From a phage, in the sequence record PV805638.1: a stretch of 64,000 nucleotides of DNA, one strand, 5' to 3'. The notes beneath the pieces were generated by a model. It was not told the DNA's origin. It made no database searches and saw nothing but the letters and a program-made list of their open reading frames with translations. Made by a program: the position numbers and the translations under genes. Of the stretch, positions 56,388 through 64,000 are shown piece after piece (positions within the stretch are counted from its first letter, which is position 1; each line of letters begins with the position of its first letter).

Positions 56388-59306
56388 TTAAAGCAGTGTG
56401 TATTCCACTGTAGATGGAAGGGGGACACCTACTGCTACAGGTCTGTTTACTGTAATTACACCAGCAGAGCAAGAAGCAGTATCGTTTGCAGTAGCTGGGT
56501 CAACTACCCATGAGCGAACTCTATACGACTTAGTTGTGTCTGCATTAGGTATAGTTAATGTTCCAGAAGTGGCCCCAATAGCAACAGGAACACTTACTAC
56601 CCCATTGGTAGCAGGTGTGCCTCTATTAGAACGATAGTAATTATAAGAATTGGAAGGCTTCAATATTTCCTCAATACCAGTTAATCCGGAATTTTGCACT
56701 ACAACATCACTAGAACCAGTTAGGTACAACGGATTTGCCAAAGTACATGAATCAATAACAATACCCCCACCAGTATGGTTAAAAATTGCTATACCCGACC
56801 ACCCACCGACAAACGTAGACTGGCCGATGTATACAGGCCCAACATGTTGGCCAGCAATGTTAATACCAATGTTATTATTGAGAGGGTTGGCATTATGCAA
56901 ATTACAGTGCAAACCAGTAATCGATTTCTGTTGTTGGATTTGGTTAGCGTTTAAAGAGACTGCAAAAAATTGCTCTGTGGACTCACCATCGCCAGCTATC
57001 CATGAATCTGACAGGTTAAATCCACCGTTAACGTTAATAATAGCCACGGCATTCTTTCGAATGTAATCCAAATCCAGATTACTCATCTGCAAGTCCAGGC
57101 AGTCATCAACATAGATGCCATAATCTACGGAAATACACATAGTTTCCCCATCAATAACGATGGCTTCACTACGAGATCCTGAACTCTGGTCAGGACTCCA
57201 CGCATACACCCTAGGCTGGATGCGAATGCCAAACGTGTTACCCAATGTAGAATAATGATCACGGCGGAAATGGCATCCCGTGATATTGATAGAAACGTTT
57301 TGCCCCCATAGATGTAACCCCATACGGCAGCTACTAGTAGTGCAGTTACGCAACGTAGAATGCCACAACCCCTGTAGTTGCATTCCTATTTCAAACACCT
57401 CAGCACAAACACCCTGGATATCGAAACCGTAAATTTGCTGTTCTGCCTCGGCAGTGGATTCAATATCTGTACCAATCCCTATGCCAGTGCCATTCCCCTG
57501 CAAGCGGAAATTGTATAAATAACGGCCAGATATCCCGCCTCCATGCATCAAAACTAACAGACCTTTACCGAGATCAGTGTAGGTTTTAAGACACGAGTTA
57601 ATACCCTCGCCTCTTAGATTAACAAATGGCTTGAGCATTATAGATTTTGTTACCAGGTAGCCTATGCCCTGATTACCTGCACTTCCGGTAGATTTAGGTA
57701 TAAATACCTCACCACCCCCAAGTGCATAAACAGCATCAATAGCCGCCTGTATTGCGTCGGAACTGTCCGTAATGCCAGTTGGGTCTGCACCAAAACTAAT
57801 AATATTTACGCTTACAGAAATAGCTTTTTTTAACGACTGATTAACAGCCCCAGGTAAATCGATTTTACCGGAAACGGTATCAAACCCTTCATCACTGCTA
57901 AGGAGCTGTCGCAGTCCTTTTTGGTATACGGATGACCACGCAACGGCTGCAATACCACCTGTAGATGCCGGAGTTGATTTAGCCGGAACAGTTTTCGGGA
58001 AAGTGTCATTCCACACATAACACTGTCCACCAGAAATATGCCAAACCGCATCCGTTTTACTATTTACTGTTGCACCTTCTTCAAAGCTACCATCAACAAG
58101 AGTTAAACCGGCCTCAGCAAGACTGCGACGCCATAGTTCTCTGGTATCCTGTTGTTGGTAGGTATCTGGCAGAGTAACAGTAATATTCCCAGGAGAATAA
58201 GTTAACTGCCCATTGGAAACAGTGTTGATATAAACATTAGCAGGAAGAGCAGGAAGACCATAAATCTTTTGTGCTACTACATCATAAATAACCTTCATCC
58301 CATTTAGATACTGGGTAGTATTAGTACTCAAGATAACTTCATTCTCATGAACATTAGCAGAACGAGCTATTTCCTGAATGGTACGGTCAGACATAACCAG
58401 GGTAGTAGACTCACCACCAATAGTTACAATCAAACGATCGTTGGTAGCCAGAGGCTCCGTTAAAAGGATACGCTGGTTAGCTGCATCGACTGTATAGGAT
58501 TTATCAACCAAACCTGCATAGTAGCGTTCGCCATTCTTGTAGATGGCTGGCACAGATTCAAACGTATACGGAACAGCAATTACTTGCTCACCCCCCGAAG
58601 CATACCCACCGTTGTATAGCCAGTTAATCTGAACCCAGTCATTTACGTTAGGGTTATCTGGAACAGCAGGAGTACCGGTAAGGAACAGATGTACTTCATC
58701 ACCAGGTTCCAATGGTTGAGCCAGAGTAACAGTTAGTGAAGCTGCATCGTAAGTAAAACCATAACCAACTAAGTTGGTATAGCCATCAACAACAATCATC
58801 GGTACACCAACCGTACCAACAGGCACTGGGATAGTAGTTTCCCCCCCAATAGCAGAACCATTATTATACGTATATGGGATGTATGGAGTGGATGCTTTAT
58901 CATCACCACCATCTCCGCCACTGTCTGAATTAGAAGTGGCAACCAAAATCCAGGAACCAGTAGCAGACGAGTCATCAGGAATGACACCTGTACGGTCACC
59001 ATCTACATACAGGTAATCTGTAACAACTCGTTTATTGGTATTATCAAAACCATACAGACGTACATAGGATGCACTGGTAGGCATGGCCTTCAGTTCAGCT
59101 TCTGATTGAACACCTAGTACCATTCCATATTTATTCAAGAAATCGTAAATGAGTTTCAGGTTACCCAAGTTACAGTAGACAGTACGAACCACATGATAAG
59201 CATTACCAAGTAGTGCATCTACCATTGGATCATTAGAAGTATTCTGGCAGTAAGGATTGGTCCAATCCTGATTTGCATCAAAGGGGGTATGTGCGTTCAT
59301 CGCCAT
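56388..59306 (-). CDS. Second tailspike with pectate-lyase-like depolymerase domain
   Basis: 'FGADPTGITDSSDAIQAAIDAV' motif; 972 aa. Confidence 0.6.
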   Translation of the reverse strand: MAMNAHTPFDANQDWTNPYCQNTSNDPMVDALLGNAYHVVRTVYCNLGNLKLIYDFLNKYGMVLGVQSEAELKAMPTSASYVRLYGFDNTNKRVVTDYLYVDGDRTGVIPDDSSATGSWILVATSNSDSGGDGGDDKASTPYIPYTYNNGSAIGGETTIPVPVGTVGVPMIVVDGYTNLVGYGFTYDAASLTVTLAQPLEPGDEVHLFLTGTPAVPDNPNVNDWVQINWLYNGGYASGGEQVIAVPYTFESVPAIYKNGERYYAGLVDKSYTVDAANQRILLTEPLATNDRLIVTIGGESTTLVMSDRTIQEIARSANVHENEVILSTNTTQYLNGMKVIYDVVAQKIYGLPALPANVYINTVSNGQLTYSPGNITVTLPDTYQQQDTRELWRRSLAEAGLTLVDGSFEEGATVNSKTDAVWHISGGQCYVWNDTFPKTVPAKSTPASTGGIAAVAWSSVYQKGLRQLLSSDEGFDTVSGKIDLPGAVNQSLKKAISVSVNIISFGADPTGITDSSDAIQAAIDAVYALGGGEVFIPKSTGSAGNQGIGYLVTKSIMLKPFVNLRGEGINSCLKTYTDLGKGLLVLMHGGGISGRYLYNFRLQGNGTGIGIGTDIESTAEAEQQIYGFDIQGVCAEVFEIGMQLQGLWHSTLRNCTTSSCRMGLHLWGQNVSINITGCHFRRDHYSTLGNTFGIRIQPRVYAWSPDQSSGSRSEAIVIDGETMCISVDYGIYVDDCLDLQMSNLDLDYIRKNAVAIINVNGGFNLSDSWIAGDGESTEQFFAVSLNANQIQQQKSITGLHCNLHNANPLNNNIGINIAGQHVGPVYIGQSTFVGGWSGIAIFNHTGGGIVIDSCTLANPLYLTGSSDVVVQNSGLTGIEEILKPSNSYNYYRSNRGTPATNGVVSVPVAIGATSGTLTIPNADTTKSYRVRSWVVDPATANDTASCSAGVITVNRPVAVGVPLPSTVEYTLL

Positions 59307-60007
59307 CCTCGTTGTTCAAATTTAGTTTCGGTAATTGAAATACTTCCATTAGCCAGGTCGTAATCAACAACCTCACCACAGATGCTTTCATACGTTTGCA
59401 GATACTCTGCTGCTTTAGCGTTAGCTTCAGGAGTATTCAAACCAGTGTGGTAACGATAACCCACCCAGTTATGAAGTGCCGTCATTAGCGTATCAGCTAA
59501 ATCAACTTCCTGTTCTTCATCACCCGTAAGTACTGGGTGCTTAGCTTGATACGTTACGTTAAGTGCCTCGAAGTGTCGAGGTCTCATACACTGAATAGTA
59601 TCAGGCCGTGGAGTGAATATAGCACGGGGGTCTGAGTCGTCGTTCAGTCTACGTCGATTCCCAGAGTTATCAAACACATTTAAGATTTTAATAACATCAT
59701 CCTGGAAAGGCTTCATGAACCCATCCATGATATAAGGATATTGAACCTCAAGGGTAGGCTTAGTAAATTTGGAGTAAGCATATTTGGAATGAAGGGGGTA
59801 ATCAGTACGTCCTTCCTTCATCTCCACAATGCAGCTATTTGTCTTAAGAGGGAAACGACTATGCAGTCGTACCAGTCCTTCATTAATAGCTGCCAGTATC
59901 TCCGGCTTACTATCTGGTTCAATATCCAGTCTGTCATCCGTGACTGCACCAGTACCCTTCAAGGTACTTAGTGCCAAGCCACGATATACTTCCGATAATT
60001 TCTGCAT
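59297..60007 (-). CDS. Virion/tail-associated protein
   Basis: 236-aa ORF between tailspike and terminase genes. Confidence 0.35.
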   Translation of the reverse strand: MQKLSEVYRGLALSTLKGTGAVTDDRLDIEPDSKPEILAAINEGLVRLHSRFPLKTNSCIVEMKEGRTDYPLHSKYAYSKFTKPTLEVQYPYIMDGFMKPFQDDVIKILNVFDNSGNRRRLNDDSDPRAIFTPRPDTIQCMRPRHFEALNVTYQAKHPVLTGDEEQEVDLADTLMTALHNWVGYRYHTGLNTPEANAKAAEYLQTYESICGEVVDYDLANGSISITETKFEQRGWR

Positions 60008-60013
60008 GGTTCC

Positions 60014-61624
60014 TCACACAATGTATGAACGTAGTGGGTTAACACTATCATCTTCTTCCTCATCCCACATCGGGTCACCCTTGTTATCCACCAGAGTCAT
60101 GCCTGCTTGTGGTTTCCAAGGATTGAGATAACCCAGCATGGAGATAGTATCAATACAGTCATCCTTACCTTTTATTCCATTAATGGTAGCTAGTTTAATC
60201 TGGCCCATGAACAGACCCATAATAGTTGTATCTCTCAACTCTTCCGGAAAGTACATCTTACCAGCTTTGAACCATGGAACTACCAGGTTAAAGCGTGACA
60301 GTTTAGAGGTTACAGGACGGATGCCAGGCTTACCACCCTCAGAGGATGCAAAGTTAAAGAAGACATTACGGTTAATCATTTCTTTCTGAAGGAGTGAAAT
60401 GAATCCACCTTGCTGTCCTGTAATTTCGACACCAACGTTTTGTGGCTGGTATTCCTGAACCAGACGGAAGAGGTCGTCGAAGTTCTTATCCATAAGCTGA
60501 CGATTAGCCACACCATCAACCCAGAACCAATCTCCATTAGAACTATAAGCCCAAACTGATATGACGCTGTAGTCACTGGTCTGTTTCTCCGAGGTAGCAA
60601 AGTCAGTTGTAATGTAATAGTTGTAGCAGGACTTCATCTTTAACAGTTGCTGTCTGCTGTACCATTTAATCTCACTATCCTGAACAAGACGTTCATCTTC
60701 AGAACTAATACGAAGCATAAGTTCCTGGTAGAAACCAGCCAACTTACCGGTCTTAACTGCCATGTCGTATTGAGCTTTGATGTAGTCATACGAGAAACGG
60801 TCATCCCATGCACCCTGAAACTCTTCCCTACTACATGGGAACTTCTCACACACGGGCCATACGTTGACATCCCATGCACCGGACTCTACTGCTTCAATGA
60901 TGATGTCTTCCTTATTAAAGGGAGTACCATTGAAGATTACTTTACGACGTGTCGGGTCAAGAGCATGGTTCACACCCTTATAGACGGTATCCTTAATAGC
61001 TTCCATACTTGTCTTAGAATTAGCATCACCATCACTAATCAGGTCATCCAGTACACAAAGTGTTGGACGCTTACCATATATCTTCGTACCACGAAGACCG
61101 GTCTTAGCACCGAATAACTTAACACCCAGTCGATGTCCTTCTGCATTACGAAACTCTAACAGGTTATCTGTAAAAATAGCTTCGGGTATCCACTGTTGAA
61201 GGAACTCACTATTCTTATATCGGAACTCAATGTTCTTACGTGCAGACTTAGCACCGTTATCCATTGAGTCTGATACGTAAATCATTCCTTCTACCTTACC
61301 TAAACTTGGTAAGTGTCCAAACACTGCCAAGAACAAAGTAAAGTATTCCATGAACACAGCAGTCTTACCTGCACCACGGAAGCACAGATTAACTACATAC
61401 TGGTTCGGGGTAATCATCTTATCCAACATCTTCAGGTGAACTGGGGGTGTTTTGTTGGATTCACCTTCTTTGCCATTAACCAACTTAATAAAGTTGGCAA
61501 AGGTAAGAGCAAACTGACTAGGAACATAGTTAGAAGAATTAAGGTGGGAGTAGTCCACCTGGTCTAGCCATTCATCTAGTTCCTGCTTAATTAACTCAGA
61601 CATCTGTAATGTCCTCATCTGCAC
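60014..61624 (-). CDS. Terminase large subunit
   Basis: Walker A 'RGAGKTAVF', Walker B 'LCVLDDLISDGD'; 536 aa. Confidence 0.75.
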   Translation of the reverse strand: MQMRTLQMSELIKQELDEWLDQVDYSHLNSSNYVPSQFALTFANFIKLVNGKEGESNKTPPVHLKMLDKMITPNQYVVNLCFRGAGKTAVFMEYFTLFLAVFGHLPSLGKVEGMIYVSDSMDNGAKSARKNIEFRYKNSEFLQQWIPEAIFTDNLLEFRNAEGHRLGVKLFGAKTGLRGTKIYGKRPTLCVLDDLISDGDANSKTSMEAIKDTVYKGVNHALDPTRRKVIFNGTPFNKEDIIIEAVESGAWDVNVWPVCEKFPCSREEFQGAWDDRFSYDYIKAQYDMAVKTGKLAGFYQELMLRISSEDERLVQDSEIKWYSRQQLLKMKSCYNYYITTDFATSEKQTSDYSVISVWAYSSNGDWFWVDGVANRQLMDKNFDDLFRLVQEYQPQNVGVEITGQQGGFISLLQKEMINRNVFFNFASSEGGKPGIRPVTSKLSRFNLVVPWFKAGKMYFPEELRDTTIMGLFMGQIKLATINGIKGKDDCIDTISMLGYLNPWKPQAGMTLVDNKGDPMWDEEEDDSVNPLRSYIV

Positions 61625-62285
61625 GTACTAGTTTAGAACCAGCAATCTCTTTAGTAGGTACACCACTATTGATTGCATTAATTTGCTGTTCAGCTAATGC
61701 AGCAAGTGTTGCTTTGAGGTCAGTCAACCCAGAGTTCTCCCTCAAGTCCAGATTGATATTCGTTACCTGGTCTTTCGGTTTAGCTAAATGGGTAAGGATA
61801 GAGTTGGCTGCATCACATCTTACTTTCTCACTTACTGCTGTAGTCATCAGTTCAACCTGAACATTGATTGCCTTCTGATAATTATCTTGGTTCACAATCC
61901 ACACTGGAACCAAACTTTGTTCCATGATGAGGTTAACTAACTTACCCCTGTGGTAGGCAGAGACATAAGCACTAATATCTTTCTCACTGGTTCCTCGTGC
62001 TATAAGTTCTGCTTGTCGGTTAGGGAATGTTTTGAAGTAGGCTTCCTTATTTGAGTAGCCCATATGTTTGTAAGTTACATACTGAACTGCATTCATGTAG
62101 TCCTGTGTCTTAAACTTACCTTCCTTCATAACACCAGAGTAAGAGATGAAGTTTTCACGAAATGCTTCAGCAACCAGTTGGTCTTGGGTTATGTTGTTAA
62201 TTGTGTCTACCAACTCCTGGCTTACACTGTTCTTGAAGTTAGCAGGTAAGGCATTAATGATCTGCTGCTTAGTTAGCTCTCTCAT
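61596..62285 (-). CDS. Putative terminase small subunit / packaging protein
   Basis: 229-aa ORF immediately upstream of and overlapping the large terminase gene; assigned by position. Confidence 0.35.
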   Translation of the reverse strand: MRELTKQQIINALPANFKNSVSQELVDTINNITQDQLVAEAFRENFISYSGVMKEGKFKTQDYMNAVQYVTYKHMGYSNKEAYFKTFPNRQAELIARGTSEKDISAYVSAYHRGKLVNLIMEQSLVPVWIVNQDNYQKAINVQVELMTTAVSEKVRCDAANSILTHLAKPKDQVTNINLDLRENSGLTDLKATLAALAEQQINAINSGVPTKEIAGSKLVRADEDITDV

Positions 62286-62456
62286 ACTTATCTCTCTACA
62301 AAGTTATGTCTATTAACGAAGATTCTTTTCTTGGGGTGGGATACCCCTTGAAGAAACTCTAACACACAGTTACACTTTAGTCATGATATAGAAAAAGTTC
62401 ATGATACTAAATAGTATGTAATGTTCCGATGACCCTATTCCCAAAAGGAGTAACCT

Positions 62457-62747
62457 TTGAGAATCTATATGAGAGTCCAAGACTCCGAAGATAAATACTC
62501 AGAGATAGACCACACCAAAGCTGGCTTTATGGCTGGTGATATAATCCTTACCCATGACGAAGATACATTCCATGAATTAGCTGGGATGATGCTATTAGAG
62601 AACCGTCCTGGTGTTAAAGTCTTAGAACCGCAAGAAACTTACTCTTTAGAAAAGTCTATTCCATCTCTTGTGTTCTTTACAAAATTACCTCATAGTGTCT
62701 CCATCAAACGAAGCAAAGATAGCGTTCGGATGACGGTGATGATGTGA
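62457..62747 (+). CDS. Small protein, member 1 of a tandem paralog family
   Basis: TTG start with AAGGAG RBS; contains 'DTFHELAGMMLL' family motif. Confidence 0.35.
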   Translation: MRIYMRVQDSEDKYSEIDHTKAGFMAGDIILTHDEDTFHELAGMMLLENRPGVKVLEPQETYSLEKSIPSLVFFTKLPHSVSIKRSKDSVRMTVMM

Positions 62748-62896
62748 TTAGTCATACCGCCTAGTAGACAGTGGCGGTACTCGTAAAGAGTTAATAACTT
62801 CTACAGTCAGGGTTCCCCGGCTCCTTTCCTACTCCGTAGGTCTAACGGTACATAAGTACCTAGGGGGGTGAACTGACCCGTGATTGAAAACGGTAA

Positions 62897-62934
62897 GGGG
62901 TAGAGTCGAGAGGCTCTACCCCATTTCTTTTTCT
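62897..62934 (+). terminator. Hairpin with T-rich tract between paralog genes
   Basis: ggggtagag...ctctacccc stem with a gaga-containing loop, followed by atttctttttct. Confidence 0.45.
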
Positions 62935-62948
62935 GGAGGTATGCAATT

Positions 62949-63347
62949 ATGAGCATCTACGCTTTTGATATTGATATTACTGGAGTACTCCGTAAACAGG
63001 AACCCTATTACCTTGGGGAACCAGAAGTAGTAAGTAAGTTCACTACCCCGTGGCAAACAGTATTCTTACCTGACTGTGAAGAGTCCCATGAAGTAATTGG
63101 TTCTCTTTTCTTATCCAACCTTCAACTTAACACTGTGATATTGTCTGAACCAAGGGTGTATGACCTTACCTATTATGATGGGTTTAACGAGTTCTTCCCC
63201 GGCATACGCTTCTATAAGATAGATGGTTGGGAATTGATAGCTGACCATAACGTATTTAATAAAACACTTTCCATTTACTTCAGACCTATCCCTAAAGGAA
63301 GGAAAATCAATCATGAAATTCATAATGACTATCCCCAGTTTTGTTGA
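62949..63347 (+). CDS. Small protein, paralog family member 2
   Basis: GGAGG RBS; 'VFLPDCEESHEVIGSLFL' motif. Confidence 0.4.
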   Translation: MSIYAFDIDITGVLRKQEPYYLGEPEVVSKFTTPWQTVFLPDCEESHEVIGSLFLSNLQLNTVILSEPRVYDLTYYDGFNEFFPGIRFYKIDGWELIADHNVFNKTLSIYFRPIPKGRKINHEIHNDYPQFC

Positions 63348-63357
63348 GGGGGAATCT

Positions 63358-63618
63358 ATGTACACAACTGACTTCTCTTTAGAAGAGGTCATGAACAGCA
63401 ACCCCCAGCAAGTAATCCTGGTTCCTACCTTAGAGAATTATCACGAAGTAAGGGGTCACCTCTTCTTAGCAGGCAATGACCGTAAGGTGTATGCATTATC
63501 CCACCTTCTGTCTATACCAACTATAACGCTAATGACCCCATACCGTACATGCTGGTATCCGATGAATACCAATGGGGGAGTCGTTACGAGAATGGTGAAT
63601 ATCATTACTACTATGTAA
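63358..63618 (+). CDS. Small protein, paralog family member 3
   Basis: GGGGG RBS before the internal ATG at 63358; 'ILVPTLENYHEVRGHLFL' motif. Confidence 0.35.
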   Translation: MYTTDFSLEEVMNSNPQQVILVPTLENYHEVRGHLFLAGNDRKVYALSHLLSIPTITLMTPYRTCWYPMNTNGGVVTRMVNIITTM

Positions 63619-63629
63619 GGAAGTAGGGT

Positions 63630-63941
63630 ATGCACCTGTACTGCCTGATTAGCTATGCCACTACCTGTTATCTATCCCCGTATACAATGGATAATATCCT
63701 GGCAGGTAAGGGGAGTGTTGCCACCATCCTATATGAACCAAGTGAAGAAGCAGAAGTATTCCTGGGTACTTGCTTAATACTGGGGCAACCTATCCAGTTC
63801 ATTAAGATAGTGGATTCTGTGGAAATACCGGAGCACACCTGTGTGTACATACTGTCTGATAAAGAGCCTATGGTAGCTACTACTCTTACAGGTAGACTCA
63901 TTACCCTTTACCCTTCCTCCTATTTAACTGCTTATAAGTGA
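63630..63941 (+). CDS. Small protein, paralog family member 4
   Basis: 'ILYEPSEEAEVFLGTCLIL' variant of the family motif. Confidence 0.35.
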   Translation: MHLYCLISYATTCYLSPYTMDNILAGKGSVATILYEPSEEAEVFLGTCLILGQPIQFIKIVDSVEIPEHTCVYILSDKEPMVATTLTGRLITLYPSSYLTAYK

Positions 63942-64000
63942 GATAGCTACAATATTTTTGCATGTCGATTTCATCATAGCTATGTGTAGCTACAGTGGTG

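Noticed and set aside
1-64000. CRISPR array, integrase, transposase or IS element
   Set aside because: No regularly spaced direct repeats and no recombinase/transposase-like ORFs seen; the genome looks strictly lytic.

Overview
This window looks like most of an N4-like (Schitoviridae-type) podophage genome. The plus strand from 1 to about 26.5 kb carries the middle/replication module: a T7-like RNAP II catalytic gene that appears to be interrupted by a group I intron with an HNH endonuclease ORF, an Ig-like decoration-type protein, a MoxR-like AAA ATPase with a VWA/HExxH partner, dCTP deaminase-like and ThyX-like genes, rIIA/rIIB-like genes, a Dda/RecD-like helicase broken by a 1-nt frameshift, family A DNA polymerase, a Cas4/RecB-like nuclease, primase, a P-loop ATPase, an SSB candidate and a RuvC-like resolvase. 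About 1.2 kb (26850-28020) has no ORF, is dense in hairpins and contains four tRNA-like T-arm motifs that I could not fold into canonical cloverleafs. The minus strand from 28.7 to 62.3 kb carries a giant virion RNA polymerase (3759 aa, motifs A/B/C readable), virion proteins, major capsid and portal candidates, a lysis cassette (nested spanins, SAR-type GH108 endolysin, holin candidates), two depolymerase-type tailspikes and the terminase. The right end carries four tandem paralogous small genes on the plus strand. All calls rest on motifs read directly from the translations plus size and gene order; no database search was run. The most interesting item is the putative group I intron/HNH element splitting the RNAP at motif B.
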